The translations under genes were made by a program, and so were the position numbers. From a virus, in IMG/VR virus record IMGVR_UViG_3300045988_137034, positions 1-21,039 of that record: a DNA stretch of 21,039 nt; one strand, written 5' to 3'. A model generated the notes under the pieces. The model searched no databases. It saw nothing but the letters and a program-made list of their open reading frames with translations, and was not told the DNA's origin. This document shows positions 11,221 to 18,660 of the stretch, piece by piece; within the stretch, counting starts at the first letter, position 1; every line of letters starts with the position of its first letter.

Positions 11221-11699
11221 AATCTTCATACATAATTATAACCTGTTTTATATTTGCCATATAAACAAGCTCGAATTGAATAATCACACTTACCTAAAGC
11301 TTCCGCAGCTTCTTTAATAGAATTATACTTTTTAACTAGAGTTCCGTTAAGATCATATTGAGCTACAGGTTTTGAAAGGTAAGAAGAAATCTTTTTATTT
11401 CTAGTTCCATAATTTGTATTATATTTCCTAGTACATCATTCTAGATTTTCAACTCTATTGTTTAACTTATTTTCGTCAATATGGTTTACTTCTGGTAAAT
11501 TATATATATTTGGTATAAATGTTTCAGCTACTAATCTATGTATAGACTTCATTTTAACTTTTCCATTTTTTCATAGTCCTACTGCTAAGTAGTTATTTCT
11601 AATAGTAGGTTTAATAAATTTATTTGTCCTTATACTATAAACTTCTCCGATATTATTTACTTTATAAAGACCTTCATAATTAGCTATATCCTTCCACAT
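11214..11699 (-). CDS. HNH homing endonuclease (161 aa); 3 in-frame TGA
   Basis: MWKDIANYEGLYKVNNIGEVYS (NUMOD4-like N-terminus), IHRLVAETF, EVNHIDENKLNNRVENLE-W-CTRKYN (HNH_3-type motif, with W encoded by TGA at 11436-11438), and a C-terminal HTH-like region. Other TGAs at 11571-11573 and 11226-11228. Ends in TAG at 11214-11216. The start overlaps the upstream gene by 16 nt. Confidence 0.85.
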
Positions 11700-11938
11700 A
11701 TTTTATTTCTAATATTACTTATACACCTTGCTATGGTAGTATGACTAATTCCTAATATTCTTCCAACTTCTCTATAACTGTGATATTCAGCATATAATAT
11801 GATTACTGTCTTATCTGCCTTATTAAGCTCAAGCCATTTTGGATATATACTTAATAATCTGTCATCTGTATTCGTAAACATATCATAGTCTATTTCATAC
11901 TCATTAAGTAAATCATCAATATTAATCTTCCTTTTCAT
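11684..11938 (-). CDS. Sigma-70 region-4-like / LuxR-type HTH transcription regulator (84 aa)
   Basis: ...DKTVIILYAEYHSYREVGRILGISHTTIARCISNIRNKI matches the region-4 HTH pattern. Intact standard ORF ending in TAG. Both ends are overlapped by HNH genes. Confidence 0.55.
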   Translation of the reverse strand: MKRKINIDDLLNEYEIDYDMFTNTDDRLLSIYPKWLELNKADKTVIILYAEYHSYREVGRILGISHTTIARCISNIRNKICGRI

Positions 11939-12437
11939 AATACTTTCATTTAAATCCTTTGGAAGTTAATTGTCTTCCTTTTAAACAAGCAATAATGTTT
12001 GATATAACAAATCCATTTCTCTTTAATTCATTTATTGAAGGTCATACTTTAATAATATTGTTATCTGTATCTAACTGCACAATTCGCTTGGAGCTTTTAT
12101 TATTCTGGCAGTTTTTAACAAAATTATTAATTCTATTGCCGTAAGTAAGATTATAAGACCTTGTACATCATTCTAAGTTTTCTATAACATTATTGCATTT
12201 ATTTTCATCAATATGATTTATTTCACAATAACTGTTAGGATTTGAAAGAAACGCTTCTGCTACTAGTCGATGTATATAAAAATTTTTTCTACCTTGTTTA
12301 TTATATAAACAAACAAAAGAATATCCACTATTGGATTGCATAGGTTTAATAACTCCTCTAACACTTTTAACTCTGCCTAAAGTGCTAATCTGGTAGTTCG
12401 GGTAATTCGTTATATTCTTCCAGATCTCCATCATCAT
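11922..12437 (-). CDS. HNH homing endonuclease (171 aa); 3 in-frame TGA
   Basis: Track ORF 12168..12437 stops at NVIENLE-TGA. The frame continues -W-CTRSYNLTYGNRINNF...IIKV-W-PSINELKRNGF...KGFK-W-KYYEKED-TAA. TGAs at 12168-12170, 12042-12044 and 11946-11948. IHRLVAEAF and EINHIDENKCNN are paralogous to the 11214..11699 copy. Confidence 0.85.
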
Positions 12438-12699
12438 TAATTTTATCTGTTATAAAAATATCATAATATCGTTTATATGCATAATAGTATCTGCTATTCT
12501 TACTGAACCAGTTGTTTTTAAATACTCTTACAATTCAGTATTTTAATTCATTTTTGGCCAATAAACTATTTAATTTGGCATTATCTGTCTCTAGTAAAGC
12601 CAGTAGACAAATTTGAAAACAATCATCATCCATCCCAAATTTAACCTTTAGTTCTAAGCAGAATTCATAATATTTGGTAATAATTTCATTATTCGTCAT
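12385..12699 (-). CDS. Hypothetical protein (104 aa); 1 in-frame TGA
   Basis: From ATG 12699..12697 to TAG 12387..12385, every triplet was checked. TGA at 12535-12537 (…NELKY-W-IVRVFKNNWF…). It fills an otherwise uncoded 250-nt gap. Its 3' end overlaps the HNH start by about 50 nt. Confidence 0.45.
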
Positions 12700-13123
12700 T
12701 TGCTATATAATTACTAAATTCTGTATTTATATCTATCTTAATAGCTTTCTTTAAAGATAACTCTGTTTTTAATGAATATCCATAAGTTCCTCCAAAATCT
12801 GTTGTAGAACACCCATATTTCATAGAGTCTTTTATAAAGGCTGATTTTATATCTTTAAATATATATATACCATCATCGAATATTATTACTAATATAGAAT
12901 TATTTCTGGATAGTAGATCAAATTTTTCTCTATTAATAATAGTTGTTGGATATTTATTAGAATTAAATCTCCTTCTTTTAACTTCTATTATATAATCAAT
13001 TCCATTCCAATTAAATGTTCCATCATATCTGGAATAATTATCTTTATATCATTCTATTTCTATATTATATTTATCTTTAAATAGATTCTTTATAAAGACT
13101 AAGCTTCTTATATCTGTTTTCAT
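12689..13123 (-). CDS. PD-(D/E)xK nuclease-like protein (144 aa); 1 in-frame TGA
   Basis: From ATG 13123..13121 (TAATG overlap with the upstream gene) to TAA 12691..12689, every triplet was checked. TGA at 13049-13051. SRYDG...IDYIIEVKRR fits a D...(D/E)-x-K restriction-endonuclease-fold motif. This is a motif-level call only. Confidence 0.4.
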
Positions 13124-13362
13124 TATTTTATATTATTAATTTTAAGGGTTAAATCACAATATTCTTCATATAAATTAGATACTTCTTCACTTGCAGGATT
13201 AAACCACATTACTGAATCTAATTTATGCTTTAACTCTGCTCTTTCTAATCTTAATTCAAATGTTTTAGTTTGGTACTCTCCATAAGCATTATATACTCTA
13301 ATACCAGCTATTCCCATTAAAATAATCGTTGCAATAATTGCATATTTAAATATAGTTTTCAT
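13123..13362 (-). CDS. Small N-terminally membrane-anchored protein (79 aa)
   Basis: Intact ORF; TM helix YAIIATIILMGIAGI followed by a helical region. It is the first gene after the 13363-13460 intergenic region. Confidence 0.5.
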   Translation of the reverse strand: MKTIFKYAIIATIILMGIAGIRVYNAYGEYQTKTFELRLERAELKHKLDSVMWFNPASEEVSNLYEEYCDLTLKINNIK

Positions 13363-13396
13363 AATTTATAAATTTTAATTGTTAATATTATATCTT

Positions 13397-13413
13397 TTAT
13401 TGTAATACAATAA
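13397..13413. promoter_or_regulatory. Perfect 17-bp palindrome, operator-like site in the intergenic region
   Basis: TTATTGTA-A-TACAATAA: 8-bp arms around a single central base. A 1-nt loop is not a plausible RNA hairpin, so a dimeric-protein binding site is more likely. It lies 35 nt upstream of ATG 13362. Confidence 0.35.
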
Positions 13414-13460
13414 ATAATGAAAAGTTTTTAATTCTCAAAATATTTAAGCAATTATTTTTA

Positions 13461-14207
13461 TTAAAATTCAAAAATATCTTTATTGTCGTATTCAATATCT
13501 TGTTTTCTGTCTAATCCAAATAAACCAGCAAGTATGTCATTATAGATATTATTAGCTTTTGGACTTAAATAAAGCTTATTCTTTACAAAATAAACGGTTT
13601 GCTTATATAATTTATTATCAGAGGGAGTAGAAAGCACATTCTTAATAGTTCTAATATTCTGCTCATTTAAATGCACTACTTCATTCTTAATAAACTCTTC
13701 ATATCTTATCTGATAACCATCTTCTACTTTATCTAAGTAAAATCCATACTCTTTTAGCTTATTAAGCTTATTATTTAATAGATTATATGTAATATCTAAT
13801 TCTTTAGCTATATCCTTCTTATTTAACTTAATTTTTAAAGTATCATCAAATGCCAAACTTCTAATTCTTAAGGCAAATCCCAATAAATTTAGATCCTTAT
13901 CAATATTATTAATTACAAAATCTAATTTAACCATAAAAAATGTATTTAGTATTGATTTATAGGTATTAGTCTTTATAACATTACCATTATCTTTAATTAT
14001 AACCTTAGTAGAGCAGTCTAATAACTCTGCTTTATAAAGATGACTATTCATCTTTTTAATATAATCTACAGAGCATTTTAAATACTTTGCAAAGTAATCT
14101 CTTGTATATACTTTATTTTGAAGCTGTGTATAAGATTGTAAAGCCATATAATATGCTTCTTTGTCATTCAAATCCTTTACTCGTTTATCAATTTTTAAAT
14201 AAATCAT
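13461..14207 (-). CDS. Winged-HTH DNA-binding protein, replication-initiator-like candidate (248 aa); no TGA and no Trp at all
   Basis: Intact ORF ending in TAA. HTH-like KKDIAKELDITYNLLNNKLNKLKEYGF. It sits directly beside the iteron-like repeat cluster at 14254-14326. The function is inferred from context only. Confidence 0.4.
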   Translation of the reverse strand: MIYLKIDKRVKDLNDKEAYYMALQSYTQLQNKVYTRDYFAKYLKCSVDYIKKMNSHLYKAELLDCSTKVIIKDNGNVIKTNTYKSILNTFFMVKLDFVINNIDKDLNLLGFALRIRSLAFDDTLKIKLNKKDIAKELDITYNLLNNKLNKLKEYGFYLDKVEDGYQIRYEEFIKNEVVHLNEQNIRTIKNVLSTPSDNKLYKQTVYFVKNKLYLSPKANNIYNDILAGLFGLDRKQDIEYDNKDIFEF

Positions 14208-14253
14208 AGTGCTAAATTTTTTACTGGAACGAAAGCTCGAAGAGCTGAGTCCT

Positions 14254-14287
14254 ATAGTATTACTTTTATTATAGTATTACTTTTATT
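14254..14287. repeat. Perfect tandem direct repeat, 2 x 17 nt (ATAGTATTACTTTTATT)
   Basis: Copies at 14254-14270 and 14271-14287 are identical, in the divergent intergenic region. Confidence 0.9.
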
Positions 14288-14290
14288 AAT

Positions 14291-14326
14291 GGGTACTGAA
14301 TCGACAGGTCGGTCGGGTACTGAATC
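14291..14326. repeat. Two identical 12-nt direct repeats (GGGTACTGAATC) separated by a 12-nt GC-rich spacer
   Basis: Copies at 14291-14302 and 14315-14326. The spacer gacaggtcggtc, together with its flanking bases, can form a small CGAC/GTCG hairpin. This is locally the most GC-rich stretch of an otherwise AT-rich region. Confidence 0.9.
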
Positions 14327-14344
14327 AATATATGTCTAAAAATA

Positions 14345-14369
14345 GGGTTTGGGTAGCTAATCCAAACCC
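14345..14369. terminator. Hairpin GGGTTTGG-(9 nt)-CCAAACCC with A-tract/T-tract flanks; terminator-like element in a divergent intergenic region
   Basis: Arms at 14345-14352 and 14362-14369, preceded by AAAAATA and followed by CTTTT. No gene on either strand obviously runs into it, so its role is unclear (terminator of a short RNA, or part of an origin). Confidence 0.4.
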
Positions 14370-14543
14370 CTTTTAGCACTAATAAAAGTAGTAATTATTT
14401 CTAATTACAAGGCAAAGATAACATTATTTTTTTTAAAATCAAAATTTTTACAATAAAAAAATAACTTTTTATTAAAAATATTTTATTAAAAATAATATTA
14501 CAATTCTTGAATATATTATATATTAATAAAAAAGAATAAAATT

Positions 14544-15329
14544 ATGAATTGGAAATCAACAAACATTAAAGGATATTCAGTTAGTGATGAAGGTCAAATA
14601 AAGAACGAACTAACAGGAAAAGTATTATCTCAGTTTAAGAATAATATGGGGTATTATTTAGTAAGCATACAAGATAAAAAGTATCTTGTACATAGATTAG
14701 TAGCAGAGGCGTTTTTAAATAAACCTAATAAATGTAATATAGTAGAACATAAAGATGATGATCCCACAAATAATTGTGTAGATAATCTTATGTGAAGTAC
14801 TCAGAAATTGAATTTAAATAGGCAAGGAAGGCTTGAAAAGTTAAAAAGGCATTATCAGTCCAATGAATGAAAAGAAGCTAGAAAAAAGGCTTTAGAAACA
14901 ATGAAAGCAAATGGATTTAAAAAGACTAAATCAGATAAGCAAAAGGCTAAAGAAGCGGCCAGATTAGATAGAATATCTAAAGAAAGAGAGAATATAAGAC
15001 CTACTCTCGACCAACAATATGATGCGTTTATTAATCCTTTAATTGATTTACTTAAATCTGGATATAGTTTAAAGAGAGCTGCACAATATTTTGGAATAAA
15101 TGATACTACTGGCATTACTTATTTTTCTAAAAGATATTATGAAGAAACAGGAATTAAACTTATTACATATAAGATTAAAAAATCGTCGTTTTCAAATGCA
15201 GAAAAATTAATGAATAAAATTAAAGAATTATATAATCAAGGTTTAACTGTAGAGGAAATAAGTGAAGAAGTAAATAGATCAATTAATATTGTTAATAAGT
15301 ATATAAAACTATGGAAGATTCATATTTAA
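14544..15329 (+). CDS. HNH homing endonuclease with extended C-terminal HTH region (261 aa); 2 in-frame TGA
   Basis: Track ORFs 14544..14795 and 14901..15329 are in frame (offset 357 nt). The junction reads ...NNCVDNLM-W-STQKLNLNRQGRLEKLKRHYQSNE-W-KEARKKALETMKANG..., with TGAs at 14793-14795 and 14868-14870. LVHRLVAEAF and VEHKDDDPTNNCVDNLMW form the HNH_3-type core. HTH-like SLKRAAQYFGIN and LTVEEISEEVNRSINIV. Ends in TAA at 15327-15329. Confidence 0.8.
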
Positions 15330-15493
15330 ATAGAATTGCGGATATTAAAGAAACAATTAAACAAACTGAAGAGTATATTAAAGAATTGGATAAATGAATA
15401 CTCAAATGTAAAGAAACTACTAAAAGATTTGGTGATATTATAGATAAAGTATTAAAAGATAAAGATTATATGTCTATTTCTAAATTTGATTAA
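15311..15493 (+). CDS. Small hypothetical protein (60 aa); 1 in-frame TGA
   Basis: ATG 15311 to TAA 15491-15493; TGA at 15395-15397 (…KELDK-W-ILKCKE…). Helical and charged. Overlaps the HNH 3' end by 19 nt. Confidence 0.35.
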
Positions 15494-15495
15494 TT

Positions 15496-15636
15496 ATGAA
15501 TGATTATTTATTTAAAAAACTTGAAGAACTAGAATATAGAATAGTTCAATTAGAAAACCAGAATAAAGGTTTAGTCTGGGAAGAAGTAGAAGAAATGCCA
15601 AAACCAGAAATTTCTAATGCAACTTATATTGACTAA
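15496..15636 (+). CDS. Small hypothetical protein (46 aa)
   Basis: ATG 15496 lies 2 nt after the previous stop; TAA at 15634-15636. MNDYLFKKLEELEYRIVQLENQNKGLVWEEVEEMPKPE..., coiled-coil-like. Confidence 0.3.
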   Translation: MNDYLFKKLEELEYRIVQLENQNKGLVWEEVEEMPKPEISNATYID

Positions 15637-15637
15637 T

Positions 15638-15781
15638 ATGAAGTATCAAACATATAAATTATGCTTAAATGGAATAAATTACGTTTATGTAATTCCTGAA
15701 AATAGTAAATTCTTAGTAGACTTACAAACAGGAGATCTAATACCTAAAGAAGATGATAAGTTATTTGAAATAATGGAATAA
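15638..15781 (+). CDS. Small hypothetical protein (47 aa)
   Basis: ATG 15638 lies 1 nt after the previous stop; TAA at 15779-15781, followed immediately by the terminator hairpin. Confidence 0.3.
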   Translation: MKYQTYKLCLNGINYVYVIPENSKFLVDLQTGDLIPKEDDKLFEIME

Positions 15782-15785
15782 ATGA

Positions 15786-15813
15786 AAATAGGAGGGTATA
15801 TGCCCTCCTATTT
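15786..15813. terminator. Bidirectional intrinsic terminator between convergent transcription units
   Basis: AAATAGGAGGG-tatatg-CCCTCCTATTT: perfect 11-bp arms at 15786-15796 and 15803-15813. It lies 4 nt after the plus-strand TAA (15781) and 4 nt after the minus-strand TAA (15818). Confidence 0.75.
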
Positions 15814-15817
15814 CTGT

Positions 15818-16408
15818 TTAAGCGTATTTTCATTTAAATCCTTTTACTTTATAGCCTTCTCTAATTGCTTTAGAAATAGAATTTTTATGAACTCCAACAT
15901 CTAAAGAAGCACTAACAGCACAGTCATATTCTTTAATAAGAATATCGTCTTTATACGCACCTACTTTTTTAGCTCTAGGATTATTGCCAAAAGAATTATT
16001 TAAATAACTCAAATCTTTACCTTTATGACTATTACTCATCTTTTTTCGAGTTTCTTCTGATGGATGTCTTCCAATACATTTGGCTCTAATCTTATCTTTT
16101 CTTTCCTGAGTGAATGCAATACCTAAGGTGCCGTCACCTCCATCTGTAGCATTATATCCATATTTGGGATCTCTAGTATTATATTTATGAATAAGAATTT
16201 TTTCTAAAGTCTTGGCACAAGGTTCTGGCAAATTATCTTTAATTATAATATGTTCAAAATTATCCCATCCATATTTTGTTATAGCGTTTCAAAACGGCTG
16301 TTTTCTATAACCAAGACCATTTGCTCATCGTATTTCTGGCTTCTTACAAGTAATGCCAATATATTTCTTACCATTAATCTTGTTTAAATGAATATATATA
16401 CTATACAT
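15818..16408 (-). CDS. GIY-YIG homing endonuclease (196 aa); 3 in-frame TGA
   Basis: MYSIYIHLNKINGKKYIGITCKKPEIR-W-ANGLGYRKQPF-W-NAITKYGWDNFEHIIIKDNLPEPCAK...KVKGFK-W-KYA-TAA. TGAs at 16325-16327, 16289-16291 and 15830-15832. GIY (IYIH) and YIG motifs, the R-W and KYGWDNF motifs, and NUMOD-like HxSEETRKKMS are present. The track ORF 15830..16231 is only the middle piece. The ATG at 16408 overlaps the endolysin stop. Confidence 0.85.
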
Positions 16409-16850
16409 ACAAATTACCTTTTTTTCTTCGTTGTAGTCCTTTAATACTATATAAAGCAATATGCACTCACTGAGATGTACGACTTTTTTCTATAAAGCAT
16501 TCGTCAAAATTATAATTCTCTATTTCATCTGTTATTCATACTTGGAATATCTTCATTTGACCGTTACTTGGAATTATATCTGCTGCATATCCTGTTAGAT
16601 GGGCAGATGTCAAAGATCCTCCTACAGCTTTATTAAGCTCATTACATCTATAACCTGAATTCACACTTATTGCTGGATTCCCCAACCGATTAACATCACA
16701 ATACTCTGCCCAATCACTTCTTAATGGATCTAAAAGTTTCTCGACTAACTCTATAAGGTGTTCAGTAATCTCTTTATTTGGAGTATTATCTATCTTCTTA
16801 ATAGAAGCTGTATCAGATCTTGTTAATTCACTAATAGTAAAATATTTCAT
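16401..16850 (-). CDS. Endolysin, zinc peptidase M15 family (149 aa); 2 in-frame TGA
   Basis: SGYRCNELNKAVGGSLTSAHLTGYAADI carries the H-x6-D zinc motif. The track ORF stops at ...MKIFQV-TGA (16536-16538). The frame continues -W-ITDEIENYNFDECFIEKSRTSQ-W-VHIALYSIKG...-TAG (16401-16403), with the second TGA at 16467-16469. W-V-H supplies the expected C-terminal His ligand region of this family. Confidence 0.8.
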
Positions 16851-17011
16851 TATTTAATAATATCTTTAAGCATAACATAACGGTAAAATAAATGACATCC
16901 TGCACCAAGTGCTATGAGTACTAATGTAATCCAAAATGGAATTACTTTTACCATTAAACATACTAAGATTATAATTACTATTGCTATTAAATATTTCATC
17001 CAATATTTCAT
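16850..17011 (-). CDS. Holin candidate (53 aa, two TM helices)
   Basis: MKYWMKYLIAIVIIILVCLMVKVIPFWITLVLIALGAGCHLFYRYVMLKDIIK. Its TAA overlaps the endolysin ATG as TAATG. No TGA. It is below the ORF-track size cutoff. Confidence 0.6.
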   Translation of the reverse strand: MKYWMKYLIAIVIIILVCLMVKVIPFWITLVLIALGAGCHLFYRYVMLKDIIK

Positions 17012-17014
17012 AAC

Positions 17015-17668
17015 TTATTTATTTAAAATTATACTTACTTTAATTCCTGCATCTCTTAGTTTTACTCAAGTATCAACTGGCATCTCATTATCACAATAAG
17101 ATAATCCTAAAACTCCAATATCCCTATCTTCTGACTTTAAATAGAATATTGCAATCTTATTAACATCATTAGATTTAAATGTATAATACATTCTCCTATC
17201 TAATTCCTTTATATCTTCAACATCTCCCAATCATCCTCCTTTTTTAGATGTTTCCAATATAAATAAATAATCAGATAATAGGAAATCTTTATAGTGTTTA
17301 GAAACTGAAGCAACTCCAGGTTCTGTTTCTTCACTATTCATAATCCCATAAGTAAATGGAAGTCCTCCTAATCCTGAAGTGCCATTATGATACTCAATAA
17401 CTCAAGCTCTATCTGCATTCGTATCATTTAAAAGATCTTTAAGGATATATCTAACCTTAAGATCTGCTTCTTGTCTTATTAATTGATTAGTATTATGGAC
17501 CGTTTTTATATAGTTTGTAACTTTATCATATATTATTCCTGGATTAGTACTTATAATTATTACATAAGAAATAAATATAAATCCAAATCCACCTTTAATT
17601 ATTTTTCACAGTCCATATTTATCTACTCATTCTAATACCTTTCCAAACCAGTTTAATTTATTTTCCAT
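17015..17668 (-). CDS. N-terminally membrane-anchored protein (217 aa) heading the lysis cassette; 5 in-frame TGA, invisible in the standard-code track
   Basis: From ATG 17668..17666 (TAATG overlap with the upstream GIY-YIG stop) to TAA 17017..17015, every triplet was checked. TGAs at 17627-17629, 17606-17608, 17402-17404, 17231-17233 and 17066-17068. MENKLNWFGKVLE-W-VDKYGL-W-KIIKGGFGFIFISYVIIISTNPG.... Function unknown. Confidence 0.5.
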
Positions 17669-18252
17669 TACATATCATACTTAAAGGTATATCCTTTAGT
17701 TTGTTTTTGTCTGCCACTTAAAACTGAAGATATTAAAGAAGAAGTTATGTTTAACTCTCTTGCTGCTGATCTTATACTTTTATAAGATTTTATAAATCTT
17801 CCATCTAAAGTGTATTGACTAATAGCTTTAGTTCCATAGTTTTGATTTTTCTTGCGTATTAATTCCTTAGTTTCTTCTGAATGATGCTTCCCATAAAATG
17901 GATTTTTATTTCCTATTCTAGTTTTAGCAAATTCAGAAATAATAACTTTAGTTTCATTAGAAACTATCGGATGATTACTTGTGTCAGTTCTATTATAACC
18001 AAATCTTAAATCTGTAGTATTATAATAGCTAAAGAAGTATTTTTCAAGATATTTCATTTCCGATTCACTATTTACATAATAAATAGTGTGTTTAATATTG
18101 TTTCAACCGTACTTTTTAATTGGTCTGTAAACAAATTGATCTTTATATCCTTCTCCACCTCTTCATCTACTATTTACTGACTGAGTGGTTAATCCAACAT
18201 ATCTTTTACCATTTGGAAAAGTATGAATATAAACTACATACTGTCTTGACAT
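17668..18252 (-). CDS. GIY-YIG homing endonuclease (194 aa); 2 in-frame TGA
   Basis: MSRQYVVYIHTFPNGKRYVGLTTQSVNSR-W-RGGEGYKDQFVYRPIKKYG-W-NNIKHTIYYVNSESEMKYLEKYFF.... TGAs at 18163-18165 and 18103-18105. NUMOD-like GKHHSEETKELIRKK and a C-terminal HTH. The ATG at 18252 overlaps the upstream gene by 19 nt. Confidence 0.85.
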
Positions 18253-18659
18253 AAGCCTAATGTGTTGTCAACTTGGAAATCAACTCTAACAAATACTCCG
18301 CAGGTAATATCTTTGAACTTTTGATAGAATGGAGTATAAATTAAAGGATAAGCTATTTCAACTTCTGGATATAGGTTATTAAATCGATTAATTATATTAG
18401 TTAATGCTAATATTCCAGCTGATTGCTCTTCTAGCTGATTATTATCAGTCTCATCCCATCTTGCTATAAAATAGAGATTTAATGAGTAAGTAATAGTATC
18501 TTCATCCATATTAAATGTATTTGGCGTTATATAAAATACATTATATTCAATAGTTGGAATACTATTAAGTTCATATATATCTTTACTTCCTACAAAATTA
18601 ATATTAGGTTCTTCAAGAGCACAGGCTTTTAAATTGTTTATTAATTCAAAATACGTCAT
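18234..18659 (-). CDS. Hypothetical virion-module protein (141 aa), possibly head-closure or tail-completion
   Basis: Intact ORF ending in TAG. The position between connector-like gene and lysis cassette is the only functional hint. Confidence 0.5.
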   Translation of the reverse strand: MTYFELINNLKACALEEPNINFVGSKDIYELNSIPTIEYNVFYITPNTFNMDEDTITYSLNLYFIARWDETDNNQLEEQSAGILALTNIINRFNNLYPEVEIAYPLIYTPFYQKFKDITCGVFVRVDFQVDNTLGLCQDSM

Positions 18660-18660
18660 A

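Noticed and set aside
14254-14326. CRISPR-like array
   Set aside because: There are only two copies of each repeat. The 17-nt units are directly tandem with no spacer, the 12-nt units are too short, and no cas genes are nearby.
14208-14400. Suppressor tRNA or other tRNA in the large intergenic region
   Set aside because: I found no cloverleaf: no 7-bp acceptor pairing, no GTTCRA-type T-loop with a flanking stem, and no D-arm consensus. The hairpins present are isolated and the region is dominated by direct repeats.
14855-15115. Minus-strand ORF (86 aa) inside the plus-strand HNH gene
   Set aside because: It is antisense to a gene with clear HNH and HTH motifs, and its product is hydrophobic and low-complexity.
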